From the IMG/VR virus record IMGVR_UViG_2706796350_000001, positions 1 to 64,000 of that record: 64,000 nt of DNA. One strand, 5' to 3'. Shown in pieces: positions 55,100 through 64,000 of this stretch (the stretch's first letter is position 1; every line of letters begins with the position of its first letter). The notes beneath the pieces were generated by a model. That model saw only the letters and a program-made list of their open reading frames with translations, had not been told where the DNA came from and searched no databases. Origin of the DNA: a virus (taxonomy: Duplodnaviria; Caudoviricetes). The position numbers and the translations under genes were made by a program.

Positions 55100-55838
55100 G
55101 CCCAAGGGCGAACCGAAGTCCGAGGGTGTGGTGGTCGTGGACAAGGCGATGGAGCCGTATGACGGTGACCTTCCCGATTCGATGGAGCACTACCGCGACG
55201 ACCTCCACCTGATACCGGTGGCCGATCGTCCTAGTGATCCGGCGTTCCCGAAACTCGCAAAGGGTTGCTACCCGCCGGAGACGTACTACGTGTTCGATGT
55301 TGAGACCCGGCGGTGCACGCACATGTACTCGATCGACGCGCAGGGTGTGGGGATCGCTTGGGACGTGGACTACGGAGGCCGGTACTTCACCCGCATCACG
55401 AAGCCGCTCCGGTGCCCTCGGTTTGTGGAGTACTGCTACGACTCGTCGGTGGCACTGTCGAACCGGGAGGACTGGAACCGGGCGCACAAGAACTACCTCG
55501 GGTCTCTCAGCTCGAACGTAGGCGGATCAGACGCACAACCGGACCACCGACAGGCACCACGGGCCAAACGACCGCTACAGGGCAAGCCAGCGGCCAAAAC
55601 GGCGGTATCCGGTGGACGTACCAACGTCGCGCCGACCACAGCACCGAAGAAGAGCCTTGGGCAGCGCAAGTCACTGAAGCGTGCGCCGGTCGAGAGGTCT
55701 ACGTTGCTGACGGACAAGGGGTTGGATACTCGGGCGCTGGATGACGCGGCCAAGAGCATGTCTGAGCGGTTGACGGGCAAGCTGGGCGGTAGCGAGAAGC
55801 GCCCGCTGAAGAAGAAGACCCTACGCAAGAGAGGCTGA
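55029..55838 (+). CDS. hypothetical protein with basic termini
   Basis: Long ORF; K-rich ends; start uncertain (55005 or 55029). Confidence 0.7.
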   Translation: MALTKKAPIKKVRRSKPVTQIDDKPKGEPKSEGVVVVDKAMEPYDGDLPDSMEHYRDDLHLIPVADRPSDPAFPKLAKGCYPPETYYVFDVETRRCTHMYSIDAQGVGIAWDVDYGGRYFTRITKPLRCPRFVEYCYDSSVALSNREDWNRAHKNYLGSLSSNVGGSDAQPDHRQAPRAKRPLQGKPAAKTAVSGGRTNVAPTTAPKKSLGQRKSLKRAPVERSTLLTDKGLDTRALDDAAKSMSERLTGKLGGSEKRPLKKKTLRKRG

Positions 55839-55842
55839 AACG

Positions 55843-56382
55843 ATGGACTTCAACCCGCTGAACGGATCGAACGGAACGGGACGCGGCGGTGAGGAATACA
55901 TCGTCCGCTCGTATGCAGAGATTCTGGAAAGCAACGGCCTGAGCACGTGTCCGTTCAACATTACCGCGTGCCGACTGTCCGTCATGGCTTGCGAACATCT
56001 GGATGCGAGTCTTGGCAATGACTTCAACTTCCAGGTCTTGTACTCGGAAACGATCGACGCGCCTGTGTTGTACGTCGGCGTTCACGACAGCGAAGGTGGG
56101 TTCTCGCCGATGCTGATGGTGATGACTTCCGAGTTCATCGGGCGGCTGCGTCTGTACTGCGGTGGTCCCGATTGCAATCACGAGGCGTGTGAAGCAATGC
56201 CCGAAGCACTAAAGGAGCAGGTGCATAAGCAGACGGTGAAAGCACTACGGGACGAAGAGCCGGAGGTGGACACGACAGACTTTGCGCCTATAGTGGATAG
56301 CATCGCCGACGAGTTGCCCTCGTTCGAGGACTTGGCAAAGTACTATCAACTCGGGGATGAAGGCGAAACGAAAGGAGGTTAG
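55843..56382 (+). CDS. hypothetical protein
   Basis: GAGG RBS; Cys-containing. Confidence 0.7.
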   Translation: MDFNPLNGSNGTGRGGEEYIVRSYAEILESNGLSTCPFNITACRLSVMACEHLDASLGNDFNFQVLYSETIDAPVLYVGVHDSEGGFSPMLMVMTSEFIGRLRLYCGGPDCNHEACEAMPEALKEQVHKQTVKALRDEEPEVDTTDFAPIVDSIADELPSFEDLAKYYQLGDEGETKGG

Positions 56383-56627
56383 TGATGGAAGCGACAGGGT
56401 TCATGTCGCAGATACCGGAAGGATGGTTCACCCGTTCACAGGTAGCAGCGAGGATCGGCAAGTCGGTAGACACGATTCGTCGTTGGCATGCGAGTGGCAT
56501 CTATAAGTCCACCCGGCAAGAGCAGTTCGGTTCGGTAAATGTCTGGTTGTATTCCGAGGAGGATGTCGCGGCCATGAAGCACATAGCCCGAACGATTCGA
56601 CCAGGACGAGTAGCGAAGGAGGACTGA
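56382..56627 (+). CDS. MerR-like HTH DNA-binding protein
   Basis: FTRSQVAARIGKSVDTIRRWH...WLYSEEDV. Confidence 0.85.
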   Translation: MMEATGFMSQIPEGWFTRSQVAARIGKSVDTIRRWHASGIYKSTRQEQFGSVNVWLYSEEDVAAMKHIARTIRPGRVAKED

Positions 56628-56978
56628 ATGCTGATCTATTGCTCACGTGGCTGTGGGTATCCGATCGAGGTGACACAAGAAGTCATCGATGAGGCGACAT
56701 CACACGGTGTGCCGGTCCAGGTGTCTCATGAAGCGGGTAAGTGCCCTGGCGACTCCGGGTTGCCGGATCACCGGTACCGCATGACGGTGACTGTGGAACG
56801 AGAGCCGAACCCCGAAACGGGTGAAGGAGGTGAAACGTATCTGCTCACGAAGGTGGGAGGGTTCACCGATGCCAACACACTGTCTGACGCGTTCGATAAG
56901 TTGACCGAGATGCTTGGCGAACAGTGGCAGAAGGTCAGTGAAATGAAGTACCTTGCCGAGCAGAACTTGGGCGGGTAA
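56628..56978 (+). CDS. hypothetical Cys/His protein
   Basis: GGAGG RBS; CSRGC...H...C. Confidence 0.65.
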   Translation: MLIYCSRGCGYPIEVTQEVIDEATSHGVPVQVSHEAGKCPGDSGLPDHRYRMTVTVEREPNPETGEGGETYLLTKVGGFTDANTLSDAFDKLTEMLGEQWQKVSEMKYLAEQNLGG

Positions 56979-57068
56979 CCAGGAAAGATTGCGCCCTATG
57001 TATTAACGACGTAGAATCGACAGCGCACGACAGCGCGACTACCAACACACGGAAGCGAGAAACAACTC

Positions 57069-57743
57069 ATGGTTTTGGTGAAAGCCAGCAAGGCCGGTTC
57101 GATCAAAAAGCTCAAGTCGAGCCTGAAGAAGGGCGGCGGTGGAGCATTCATCCGCAACGTCCCCAAGGATGGATCACTCACTGTTCGGTTCCTCACGGAA
57201 CCGGAAGAGTGGGTGGAGTACCAGGAGTACTACGTCGAGGGCATGGAACCGGCGTTCTTCCCCGCGTTCGAGGGTCTGGACCCCGACGTGGTGGCAGAAG
57301 CACGTAAACCCTCCAAGCGGTACCTGGCGTGTGTCGTCGACCGCGACTCCAACGAAGTTGTTCCGGTCAAGATGCCGAAGTCTCTGGTCGAGTCCCTGAT
57401 GAAGAAGTACGACAAGTACGAGACCATCATGGACCGCGACTATGAACTGGTTCGCGACGGTGAGGGTTTCGACACCACCTACGAAGCGATCCCCGAAGCT
57501 CCGAAGAAGATGAACGTCAGTCAGTATGACGTTCTGGACCTGATGGACGTTCTGAACAAGCAGGTTCCGAGCAGCCTGACCGGAGAAGACGATGACGACG
57601 AGGACGAGGACGACACGCCCCCGTGGAAGGACGACGACAAGCCGGTCGCGTCCAAGCGTCGGGGCAAGCTGGGCAGCAAGACTTCCACCCCGGCGAAGAA
57701 GACCCGAGGCACGGCAGCACGACGCCGCCGTCTCAGCAAGTAA
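57069..57743 (+). CDS. single-stranded DNA-binding protein (gp32-like)
   Basis: TVRFLTEPEEWVEYQEYY, RYLACVVDR, DRDYELVRDGEGFDTTYE; acidic then basic tail. Confidence 0.7.
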   Translation: MVLVKASKAGSIKKLKSSLKKGGGGAFIRNVPKDGSLTVRFLTEPEEWVEYQEYYVEGMEPAFFPAFEGLDPDVVAEARKPSKRYLACVVDRDSNEVVPVKMPKSLVESLMKKYDKYETIMDRDYELVRDGEGFDTTYEAIPEAPKKMNVSQYDVLDLMDVLNKQVPSSLTGEDDDDEDEDDTPPWKDDDKPVASKRRGKLGSKTSTPAKKTRGTAARRRRLSK

Positions 57744-57806
57744 TTGCCAACCCCGGTAATTACTCAACGTTCGACAACACCAAACACCGAAAGAGGTAAA
57801 TCCAAC

Positions 57807-58559
57807 ATGGCTGCAAAGAGCAACACCACCGCTGACTTCACCGAGTTCGTTCGTTCGCTGCGCGATCTGTGCGACCAGTTCCTCGGGGACGACACCAAGG
57901 CCCCGAAGTCGAAGAAGGCGGACGCCGACGACGAGGATGACGCCACCGAGGCCCCCGGCCCGAAGTGGTCGGAGGCGGCACTGAAGACGATGCCGCTCGC
58001 GAAGTTGCGGGAACTCGCAATCGCAGAGGGCTACGAAGAGGATGAGGTGTCCGAAGCCAAGAAGCCGGAGTTGATCGAGGCCCTGCTCGACGATGACGAG
58101 TCGGAAGAGCCGGAAGACGAAGACGCCGAAGACGACGAGTCGGAGGACGAGGACGAAGGCGACGAGGAAGACGAGGATGAAGAGGGGGAGGTCGACGAGG
58201 ACGAGGAACTGGAAGCCGAGCGCGAAGAGCTGATGGGCCTCTCGCTTGCCAAGCTGCGTAAGACGGCACGCGATGACTACAACGCAACTCCCGCCGAGCT
58301 GAAGGGCCTCGACAAGGAGGGCATCGTCGACCTGATCCTCGGGGCCGAAGAAGAAGACGACTCGGATGTGGGCATCGACGAAGAGAGCGATGAGGACGAG
58401 GACGGCTACACCGAAGACGAGCTGGACGGCATGGAACTCGCAGAACTGCGTGAGGTTCTGGACGAGTGGGAGGTCGACTACAGCCCGAAGGCACGCAAGG
58501 CGACGCTCATCAAGCTGATCCTGGAAGCCCAGGACGAGGAAGAGTACGAAGACGAGTGA
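57807..58559 (+). CDS. highly acidic protein with three HeH/Rho-N-like repeats
   Basis: Three L..M.LA.LR..A.........K..LI..IL repeats separated by D/E tracts; GAAAGAGG RBS. Confidence 0.75.
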   Translation: MAAKSNTTADFTEFVRSLRDLCDQFLGDDTKAPKSKKADADDEDDATEAPGPKWSEAALKTMPLAKLRELAIAEGYEEDEVSEAKKPELIEALLDDDESEEPEDEDAEDDESEDEDEGDEEDEDEEGEVDEDEELEAEREELMGLSLAKLRKTARDDYNATPAELKGLDKEGIVDLILGAEEEDDSDVGIDEESDEDEDGYTEDELDGMELAELREVLDEWEVDYSPKARKATLIKLILEAQDEEEYEDE

Positions 58560-58966
58560 CCGCCGAATGGAACCTCACCAGTGAACAGGTTCGTGAAGCA
58601 GTTCGTGATCACGGGCATGTCATTGGTGAGGGTCTATTCGACACAAGCGGGTTGAGTGATTTACTTGATGCGCTAAACCAATCGGCGGAAACGCCAACGA
58701 GAGAAAGTAAGCATATGGCAGGCAAGCTCAACAAGTCGCAGGTCTACTCGATCCTCTGGCAGTGGAAGGCCGAGGTGGACGAGGGAACGCAGACCGTCCA
58801 ACTGTCCGAACAGCAGGCAACCAATGCCGAGCGAGCGATCAGCAAGCTGCGCCGGGAACTGGCCGAAGAGTACGACGACATCGGCAAGGCAGACGTGGTG
58901 GTCTTCGAGGTGTCGCGTGGTGCCTCGGACATCGACGTGCTGCGGGAGAACGACGCCGAAGAGTGA
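58556..58966 (+). CDS. hypothetical protein (alternative start 58715)
   Basis: Coupled GTG; internal GAGAAAG RBS plus ATG. Confidence 0.6.
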   Translation: MTAEWNLTSEQVREAVRDHGHVIGEGLFDTSGLSDLLDALNQSAETPTRESKHMAGKLNKSQVYSILWQWKAEVDEGTQTVQLSEQQATNAERAISKLRRELAEEYDDIGKADVVVFEVSRGASDIDVLRENDAEE

Positions 58967-58977
58967 TCGGCGGCGGT

Positions 58978-59034
58978 TGAGTAAAGCCGGGGTAGGTGCG
59001 CGTGGGGATGCGTAATCTACTCCGGCTTTACTCA
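58978..59034. terminator. long inverted repeat, probable terminator
   Basis: TGAGTAAAGCCGG(GGTAG)...(CTACT)CCGGCTTTACTCA followed by TTTC. Confidence 0.75.
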
Positions 59035-59154
59035 TTTCAGTGAACCGGATTTCGCTCCGGGTGGTCATGGGTACCGGAAGTCCTCGGCTAAGTGCAGCAA
59101 CCGTCACACGTAAGCCCACACCACAAACAGATACAACCGAAACAGGAGAAGGCA

Positions 59155-59451
59155 ATGGGAAGCGCACCGAACCACAACTACGACCGGATCATCCTCCCTG
59201 GCAACCAGGGCATGTACGTCCTCATGTATTCCGATATTTCACAGATCAAGATCGCCAGCAAGCAGCACATTCTCTTGCCGTTGTCGATGCACGGGCAGAC
59301 ACAGGCAGCTCCGGCACAGGGCACCGATGTGTTCTTGCGTGCCGACCGCTATCGTCTCGACGACCCTTACCCGTTTCGCGAATCGCCAGACGACTATGTG
59401 TGCATCCGGCGCTCCGAGTACGACGCGCTGAAGGCGACACTCGGAGAGTGA
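59155..59451 (+). CDS. hypothetical protein
   Basis: AGGAGAAGG RBS. Confidence 0.7.
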   Translation: MGSAPNHNYDRIILPGNQGMYVLMYSDISQIKIASKQHILLPLSMHGQTQAAPAQGTDVFLRADRYRLDDPYPFRESPDDYVCIRRSEYDALKATLGE

Positions 59452-59452
59452 C

Positions 59453-59935
59453 ATGGAAACAACACATCGTGTGATCGCAGAGACCGACACTGGCACGTTC
59501 GTTCTGCTGTTTCGTGGGAGTGAAGACGATTGCCTGAAGTACCACAGAGAGATCGCCAACCGGGAAGTCAAAGAACAGCCGACCAGTCGCCACGACCTCG
59601 ACAACATGATCCCTCCTGGCACGACTGTCTACGTCGCGACCATTGACCTCCGAACCGTGCTTACAGGCCGCGAGCGTGCCTATGAGGTGGTCGGAAAGCC
59701 CCTTGCAGCAGTGACGGAAGTCGACGTGAGGATCGAGATACTGCGGTCGGTCGATACCGGCAGCGAACTGACTCACCGCTACGCACGTCGTCACGGGGTA
59801 GGCAACGTCAAGGCGGTTCGAGACATTCGCGCAGAGTTGTGGCGTCTCTGGTACGACACGCACGTCGAGACAGTTGCCGAAGGTCTAAAAGTTATCAGCG
59901 ACAAGTTGAAGGAGCAGCCACATGGGCAAGGATGA
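59453..59935 (+). CDS. hypothetical protein
   Basis: GGAGAG RBS. Confidence 0.7.
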   Translation: METTHRVIAETDTGTFVLLFRGSEDDCLKYHREIANREVKEQPTSRHDLDNMIPPGTTVYVATIDLRTVLTGRERAYEVVGKPLAAVTEVDVRIEILRSVDTGSELTHRYARRHGVGNVKAVRDIRAELWRLWYDTHVETVAEGLKVISDKLKEQPHGQG

Positions 59936-60326
59936 CGTACCGGAGCACTACACCATGGAAGACATGGAATACGTGCGTGACCAAGCACTGAAAGATTTAT
60001 TCACAGAGGACATCTACCGTGCGGACCAGCTAAAGGGCGGGAGCATTGGTCTCTTCCAGCAACAGACGCCTGGTTTCAATCAGTCGCCGTCACCATCGCT
60101 CGTTCATCACACTAGTGCAGGCACCAGCACGAACAACATGACGGTGGCGAGCAAGGATGAGATCGTCAGTGACGCGCTCAATGCACACCGTACTCAGATC
60201 GACAAAGCACAAGAGCGTATTGCCGATCTGGAAAAAGAGGTGGCGGAACTGAAGCAATACGTTCGTGAGCTTTCCGCAGCCGTCAACCGTCGGCCGGTGC
60301 TGAAGAAGCGGGGCGAGACGCAATGA
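59922..60326 (+). CDS. coiled-coil hypothetical protein
   Basis: AAGGAG RBS; C-terminal heptads. Confidence 0.65.
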   Translation: MGKDDVPEHYTMEDMEYVRDQALKDLFTEDIYRADQLKGGSIGLFQQQTPGFNQSPSPSLVHHTSAGTSTNNMTVASKDEIVSDALNAHRTQIDKAQERIADLEKEVAELKQYVRELSAAVNRRPVLKKRGETQ

Positions 60327-60514
60327 CGGGACACGAAAAGCAACTAGCAAGCGCACTCCTGCAAGGTTGGGACATCGCGGAAGAGCCAGTCAAGTCTGTG
60401 AAGGTCAAGCCGAACACCACCTACTACCTCTTGGTGCACGGGTGGTCGTGCAGTCAGTGCGCGGCACGAGTCACGGTTGGTGACTTCAGTAAGCATGCAA
60501 GGAGACACAAATGA
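60323..60514 (+). CDS. small C2H2-like Zn protein
   Basis: CSQC...F..H...H. Confidence 0.6.
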   Translation: MTGHEKQLASALLQGWDIAEEPVKSVKVKPNTTYYLLVHGWSCSQCAARVTVGDFSKHARRHK

Positions 60515-60807
60515 GGCAAGAAGACTGGAACCCCGCCGCTCACCCCATGCTGATCGAGGCAAACATTGGGCCGATGCAGATACAAGCACCTGTCCCGAGG
60601 GTTATTGAGAACGGCAAAAACGGGCCGAACAAAGTTGGCGTTGCTGCCGAGGCATGGCAGTCGCTAGATGCAAAAGTACGATTGCATGCTTGTATTTTGT
60701 GCGGAGCGGTTGTCACCCAGAACACGTGGACGATGCACAACAACTGGCACGACGAGAACAAGCGACCTGTCAAGCGTGTCAGGTCGACACAACAGAAGGG
60801 AGAGTAG
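60511..60807 (+). CDS. hypothetical protein with C2H2-like motif
   Basis: CILCGAVV...HNNWH. Confidence 0.65.
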   Translation: MRQEDWNPAAHPMLIEANIGPMQIQAPVPRVIENGKNGPNKVGVAAEAWQSLDAKVRLHACILCGAVVTQNTWTMHNNWHDENKRPVKRVRSTQQKGE

Positions 60808-60810
60808 GTA

Positions 60811-61245
60811 ATGGCTACGCGATGGGACAAGCTCAGCACTTGGGACCGTTTGCTGAGCAACGTAAACAAGTGTGGGCCACGTAAATCTCATATGCCGACT
60901 CGTTGCTGGGTATGGACTGGCGCTGTTCGCGGTCGGTACGGCCAGATGAAGGTAAGAGGGCGCACCTTGCGCGTTCACCGAGTTGCTTACGCAGAATGTA
61001 AAGACGGCATACCAAACGGCCTCCACGTAGACCACCTATGCCGTACTACTTTGTGCGTACGCCCTTCGCACTTGGAGGCAGTTACTCAAAAAGAGAATAA
61101 CGAAAGAACGTATGAGCGCGAGTGCCAGAAGGGGCACCAGTGGACCGATGACTCGACATATGTACGCAGTGATGGCACGAGAGAGTGCCGTATCTGTCGA
61201 CGCGAAACAGAACGGAGGCGCTATGCCCGGCGCAGTACCACGTAG
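60811..61245 (+). CDS. free-standing HNH endonuclease
   Basis: CWVWTG..YG...VHRVAY...HVDHLC...CVRPSHLEAVTQKEN; CQKGH...CRIC. Confidence 0.9.
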   Translation: MATRWDKLSTWDRLLSNVNKCGPRKSHMPTRCWVWTGAVRGRYGQMKVRGRTLRVHRVAYAECKDGIPNGLHVDHLCRTTLCVRPSHLEAVTQKENNERTYERECQKGHQWTDDSTYVRSDGTRECRICRRETERRRYARRSTT

Positions 61246-64000
61246 TGACACGAAGTTTTTCCATGTGCATTGCCATTCTCAGTTCAGTCCATTGGATGGA
61301 ACCGCAGCGGTTGATCTCATGGTTAAGAAGGCGGTCGAGCTTGGACAGCCAGCATTGGCACTTACTGATCATGGCAATATGGCAGGCGCGGTCAAGTTGT
61401 ACCTCAATGCCAAGCAAGCAGGCATACAGCCGTGGATCGGAGTGGAGGGATACCTAATCGACCCGACGCGTGACGATTGGGAAGCTCCCGAACGAAAGGC
61501 ACCGCCGGTCAAGAGGTTCCACTACTGCGTCCTGGCATTGAATGAGCGCGGATACATGGGGTTGGTGAAGTTCAACTCGATGACGCACACCCGACCACGA
61601 TTCAATCGGTTCCCGCGCAACACACTCTCGGACCTGATCACACTCGGCAAGGAGTACGGGGATGACCTCGTGTTGACAACCGGGTGCTACTTCGGCCTCA
61701 TCCAGCAGTTGATCGCACGCGGGCAGAAAGACCTCGCAGAGCGGTATATCGGCATGCTGTCGGCAGTGTTTCCGCACATGTTTGTGGAGTTGCAGAACCA
61801 CAACATCTGTCACGACGATCAGCCGGAAGACGAAGAGCTGATCGGGATGGACGACGACGACATGGTGCAAGCATTGGTCGAGATCGCAGCACACCATGCC
61901 TTGCCTGTCATCGCCACGCAGGACTCGCACTACCTGAAGCAGAACCAGAAGGGCGCACACAGCCTGATGAAGCGGATGGTTTACTCATCTGCGGAAGACG
62001 GTTTTCCTGGGGACTCGTTCCATCTGGCGTCGGCGGAATGGGTGGCCGAGCACTACGACCAGGATGTCTGGGACCAGGTTGAGGACGGGTTCTACGAACT
62101 GTTCCATCTGCACGACCTGAGCATCGAGCCGTTGGACAACTACCGTCCACGTGTCCCTACGGAGTCGAAGACACCGAACAAGGACATTCGACGGGCGGCA
62201 CTGAAGCAATTGCGAGCACTCGGGTTTGATCAGGTGCAGACATACATGGACCGCATGAACCACGAACTCAGCGTGATCAAGACACTGGGCATGGCGAACT
62301 ACTTTGTCATCGTCGGAGACGGTGTGAAGTGGTGCCAATCCAACGGCATCATGGTTGAGTCACGTGGTTCGGCAAACGGGTCGTTGGTCTGTTATCTGCT
62401 CGGTATCACGCAGGTCGATCCGATCAAGTGGGGTGGACTGTTCGAGCGATTCCTGTCGACGGACCGGACGAAGCCGCCAGACATCGATATCGACATCGAG
62501 GACGAGGGTCGCGGTCGTCTGCTCGAATACTGGCTCAGCAAGTACGGCGCGGTGCAGATCGGCACATGGGGTCTGCTCGGTACAACGGTCGACCCCGAAA
62601 CCGGGGAAGAGAAGGGTTCGGTTCTTCAGACGTGGATCACGTCGAAGCGTCGTGAGTGCGAGCAGATCGCGAAGGAGTGGGCAGACCGTAAGGAGATGTT
62701 CGGTAAGAAGCGACCGAACGGCGGGGAGATCACTGCATACGGTCGTGGCATCTTCAACAAGACCTATGCAGACGTTCAGAGCTTGGAAGACGTGCGTCGG
62801 GTAGCGCCGGATGACTACAAGCATTTGCGTGAGTTGTCCACGATGGGTTCGGTCTACAAGTCGTACGGAGTGCATGCCGGTGGTGTGCTGTTGTCTGGCG
62901 ACGACATCAAGATCGAGGACTACATACCGACCATGTTGGTTGCATCATCCAACACTCGTGTGTCGCAGTATGCGATGGATGACGTGGAGGCGTTCGGTTT
63001 GCTGAAGATGGACGTTCTCGGGCAGTCGTCGTTGCGGATGATGAAGCTCTGCCAGGAACTCATCGGTGTGGACGATCCCACGGACTTCTCGTGGATTCCC
63101 GAAGACGAACCAGAGGCGACCAAGCTACTGCGTGATGGCCGCACCAAGACCGGCGTGTTCCACTTTGAGGGATACACAAAGGCAAAGGGTGGCCGCGAGA
63201 TGAAGGTCAGGTCCACCGAGGATGCAGTCATGGTCCAGGCGCTCTACATGCCGGGTGCCATGAACTCGGGACAGACCGCCGACTACATCAAACGTCGGTT
63301 CTCTGCTGCCGAGCGTCGGAAGATCACGTACATATCGCCGGAGTTTGAGAGTGCGCTATCGCGAACGTACGGAACGGTGATCTTTCAGGAGAGTATTATT
63401 GAGATCATGCGCAACTTCGGTCTCGACATAGCTACGATCAACGTGTTCTTCAAAGTGGTGAAGGACTCAGGTCGCGGTGCCGTCGAGCGCAACCGAGAGC
63501 GCATGGCACAGGTGCGAGGCAAGTTCGACAAGGCAGTGTCGGCGCGAGGCGTCGATCCCGACGAAGCTTGGGAGATGCTTGCTGGTTTTGCAAGTTACGG
63601 GTTCAACCGTGCACACGCGTCGGGGTACGGGATCAGGAGTTACCGAACTGCGTATCTTAAGGCGCACTACAAGGTCGAGTTTATGACCGCGTTGCTTCAG
63701 ACGTGGGCAGGTCGAGACAAGGAGAAGGATTACATCAGGGAGGCCCGGAGGATCGGCCTGCGCCTACTTCCACCGGACGTGAACGTGAGTGGGCCGTCTT
63801 GGACCCTAGATCGAACCAGGAAAGACGTTATCCGCAAGGGACTGGTTTCTATATCAGGCGTTGGTATGAGGGCAGCAGAGGCGATTTCTGCCGAAGCGCC
63901 GTTCACGAGCATCGAAGACCTGATCGAGCGAGTTCCGGCGCGATCAATGACAGGAGGTAAGCGATGGCTAGAGACAGGGGAGTGGTCCGGCATCCTCGAA
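61223..64000 (+). CDS. dnaE: DNA polymerase III alpha subunit (3' end beyond the window)
   Basis: GGAGG then ATG at 61223; PHP motifs HVHCHSQFS and TDHGN; RGSANGS, FERF, PPDIDID, GVHAGG, LKMDVLG, YGFNRAH; absent from the ORF track because no stop lies in the window. Confidence 0.93.
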   Translation, partial: MPGAVPRSDTKFFHVHCHSQFSPLDGTAAVDLMVKKAVELGQPALALTDHGNMAGAVKLYLNAKQAGIQPWIGVEGYLIDPTRDDWEAPERKAPPVKRFHYCVLALNERGYMGLVKFNSMTHTRPRFNRFPRNTLSDLITLGKEYGDDLVLTTGCYFGLIQQLIARGQKDLAERYIGMLSAVFPHMFVELQNHNICHDDQPEDEELIGMDDDDMVQALVEIAAHHALPVIATQDSHYLKQNQKGAHSLMKRMVYSSAEDGFPGDSFHLASAEWVAEHYDQDVWDQVEDGFYELFHLHDLSIEPLDNYRPRVPTESKTPNKDIRRAALKQLRALGFDQVQTYMDRMNHELSVIKTLGMANYFVIVGDGVKWCQSNGIMVESRGSANGSLVCYLLGITQVDPIKWGGLFERFLSTDRTKPPDIDIDIEDEGRGRLLEYWLSKYGAVQIGTWGLLGTTVDPETGEEKGSVLQTWITSKRRECEQIAKEWADRKEMFGKKRPNGGEITAYGRGIFNKTYADVQSLEDVRRVAPDDYKHLRELSTMGSVYKSYGVHAGGVLLSGDDIKIEDYIPTMLVASSNTRVSQYAMDDVEAFGLLKMDVLGQSSLRMMKLCQELIGVDDPTDFSWIPEDEPEATKLLRDGRTKTGVFHFEGYTKAKGGREMKVRSTEDAVMVQALYMPGAMNSGQTADYIKRRFSAAERRKITYISPEFESALSRTYGTVIFQESIIEIMRNFGLDIATINVFFKVVKDSGRGAVERNRERMAQVRGKFDKAVSARGVDPDEAWEMLAGFASYGFNRAHASGYGIRSYRTAYLKAHYKVEFMTALLQTWAGRDKEKDYIREARRIGLRLLPPDVNVSGPSWTLDRTRKDVIRKGLVSISGVGMRAAEAISAEAPFTSIEDLIERVPARSMTGGKRWLETGEWSGILE

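Noticed and set aside
50950-58559. D/E-encoding GAC/GAG tracts as DNA-level tandem repeats
   Set aside because: They are explained by acidic low-complexity protein tails and show no exact repeat unit.
61185-61457. ORF 61185..61457 and other short ORFs over the polymerase
   Set aside because: Wrong frame; the DnaE motifs are in the frame that starts at ATG 61223 and stays open to the window end.
1-64000. CRISPR array, tRNA genes, integrase/repressor, DGR or retron reverse transcriptase
   Set aside because: No regularly spaced repeats, cloverleafs, recombinase motifs or RT (YxDD) domains were recognised in this window. Their absence from the rest of the genome cannot be judged.

Overview
The window is a 64-kb segment of a GC-rich dsDNA tailed phage with a contractile tail (sheath, tube, baseplate J/gp25). 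The host is most plausibly a mycolic-acid actinobacterium (Gordonia/Rhodococcus/Mycobacterium group), inferred from a cutinase-like esterase, a DUF4185-type arabinanase domain and a DUF732-like lipoprotein. The layout recalls Gordonia myoviruses, but that is unverified recollection. Order of modules: (i) 0.4-19 kb, intein-containing terminase, portal-MuF fusion, a block of enzyme genes (2H phosphoesterase, ADP-ribosyltransferase, a 1009-aa HNH/metallopeptidase polyprotein, a cutinase), HK97-type protease and major capsid; (ii) 19-38 kb, neck, tail and baseplate, with a -1 frameshift chaperone and two tandem hub paralogues carrying different muralytic domains; (iii) 38-43 kb, lysis cassette with a five-module 1087-aa endolysin; (iv) 43-47 kb on the minus strand, EndoVII, primase, helicase and a histone-like protein; (v) 47-48 kb, an AT-rich divergent control region with a near-consensus sigma-A promoter followed by ~600 nt of hairpin-dense, apparently non-coding sequence; (vi) 48-64 kb, early/replication genes (MoxR AAA plus vWA, SSB, an acidic repeat protein, HNH, and DnaE running off the end). 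The two strongest novelty candidates are a putative capsid-cargo system (a shared short tag plus recurrent ExK sites on head-module enzymes) and a putative large structured ncRNA at about 47422-47990. No tRNA, CRISPR array or integrase was recognised. All family assignments come from motif recognition by eye, not database searches.
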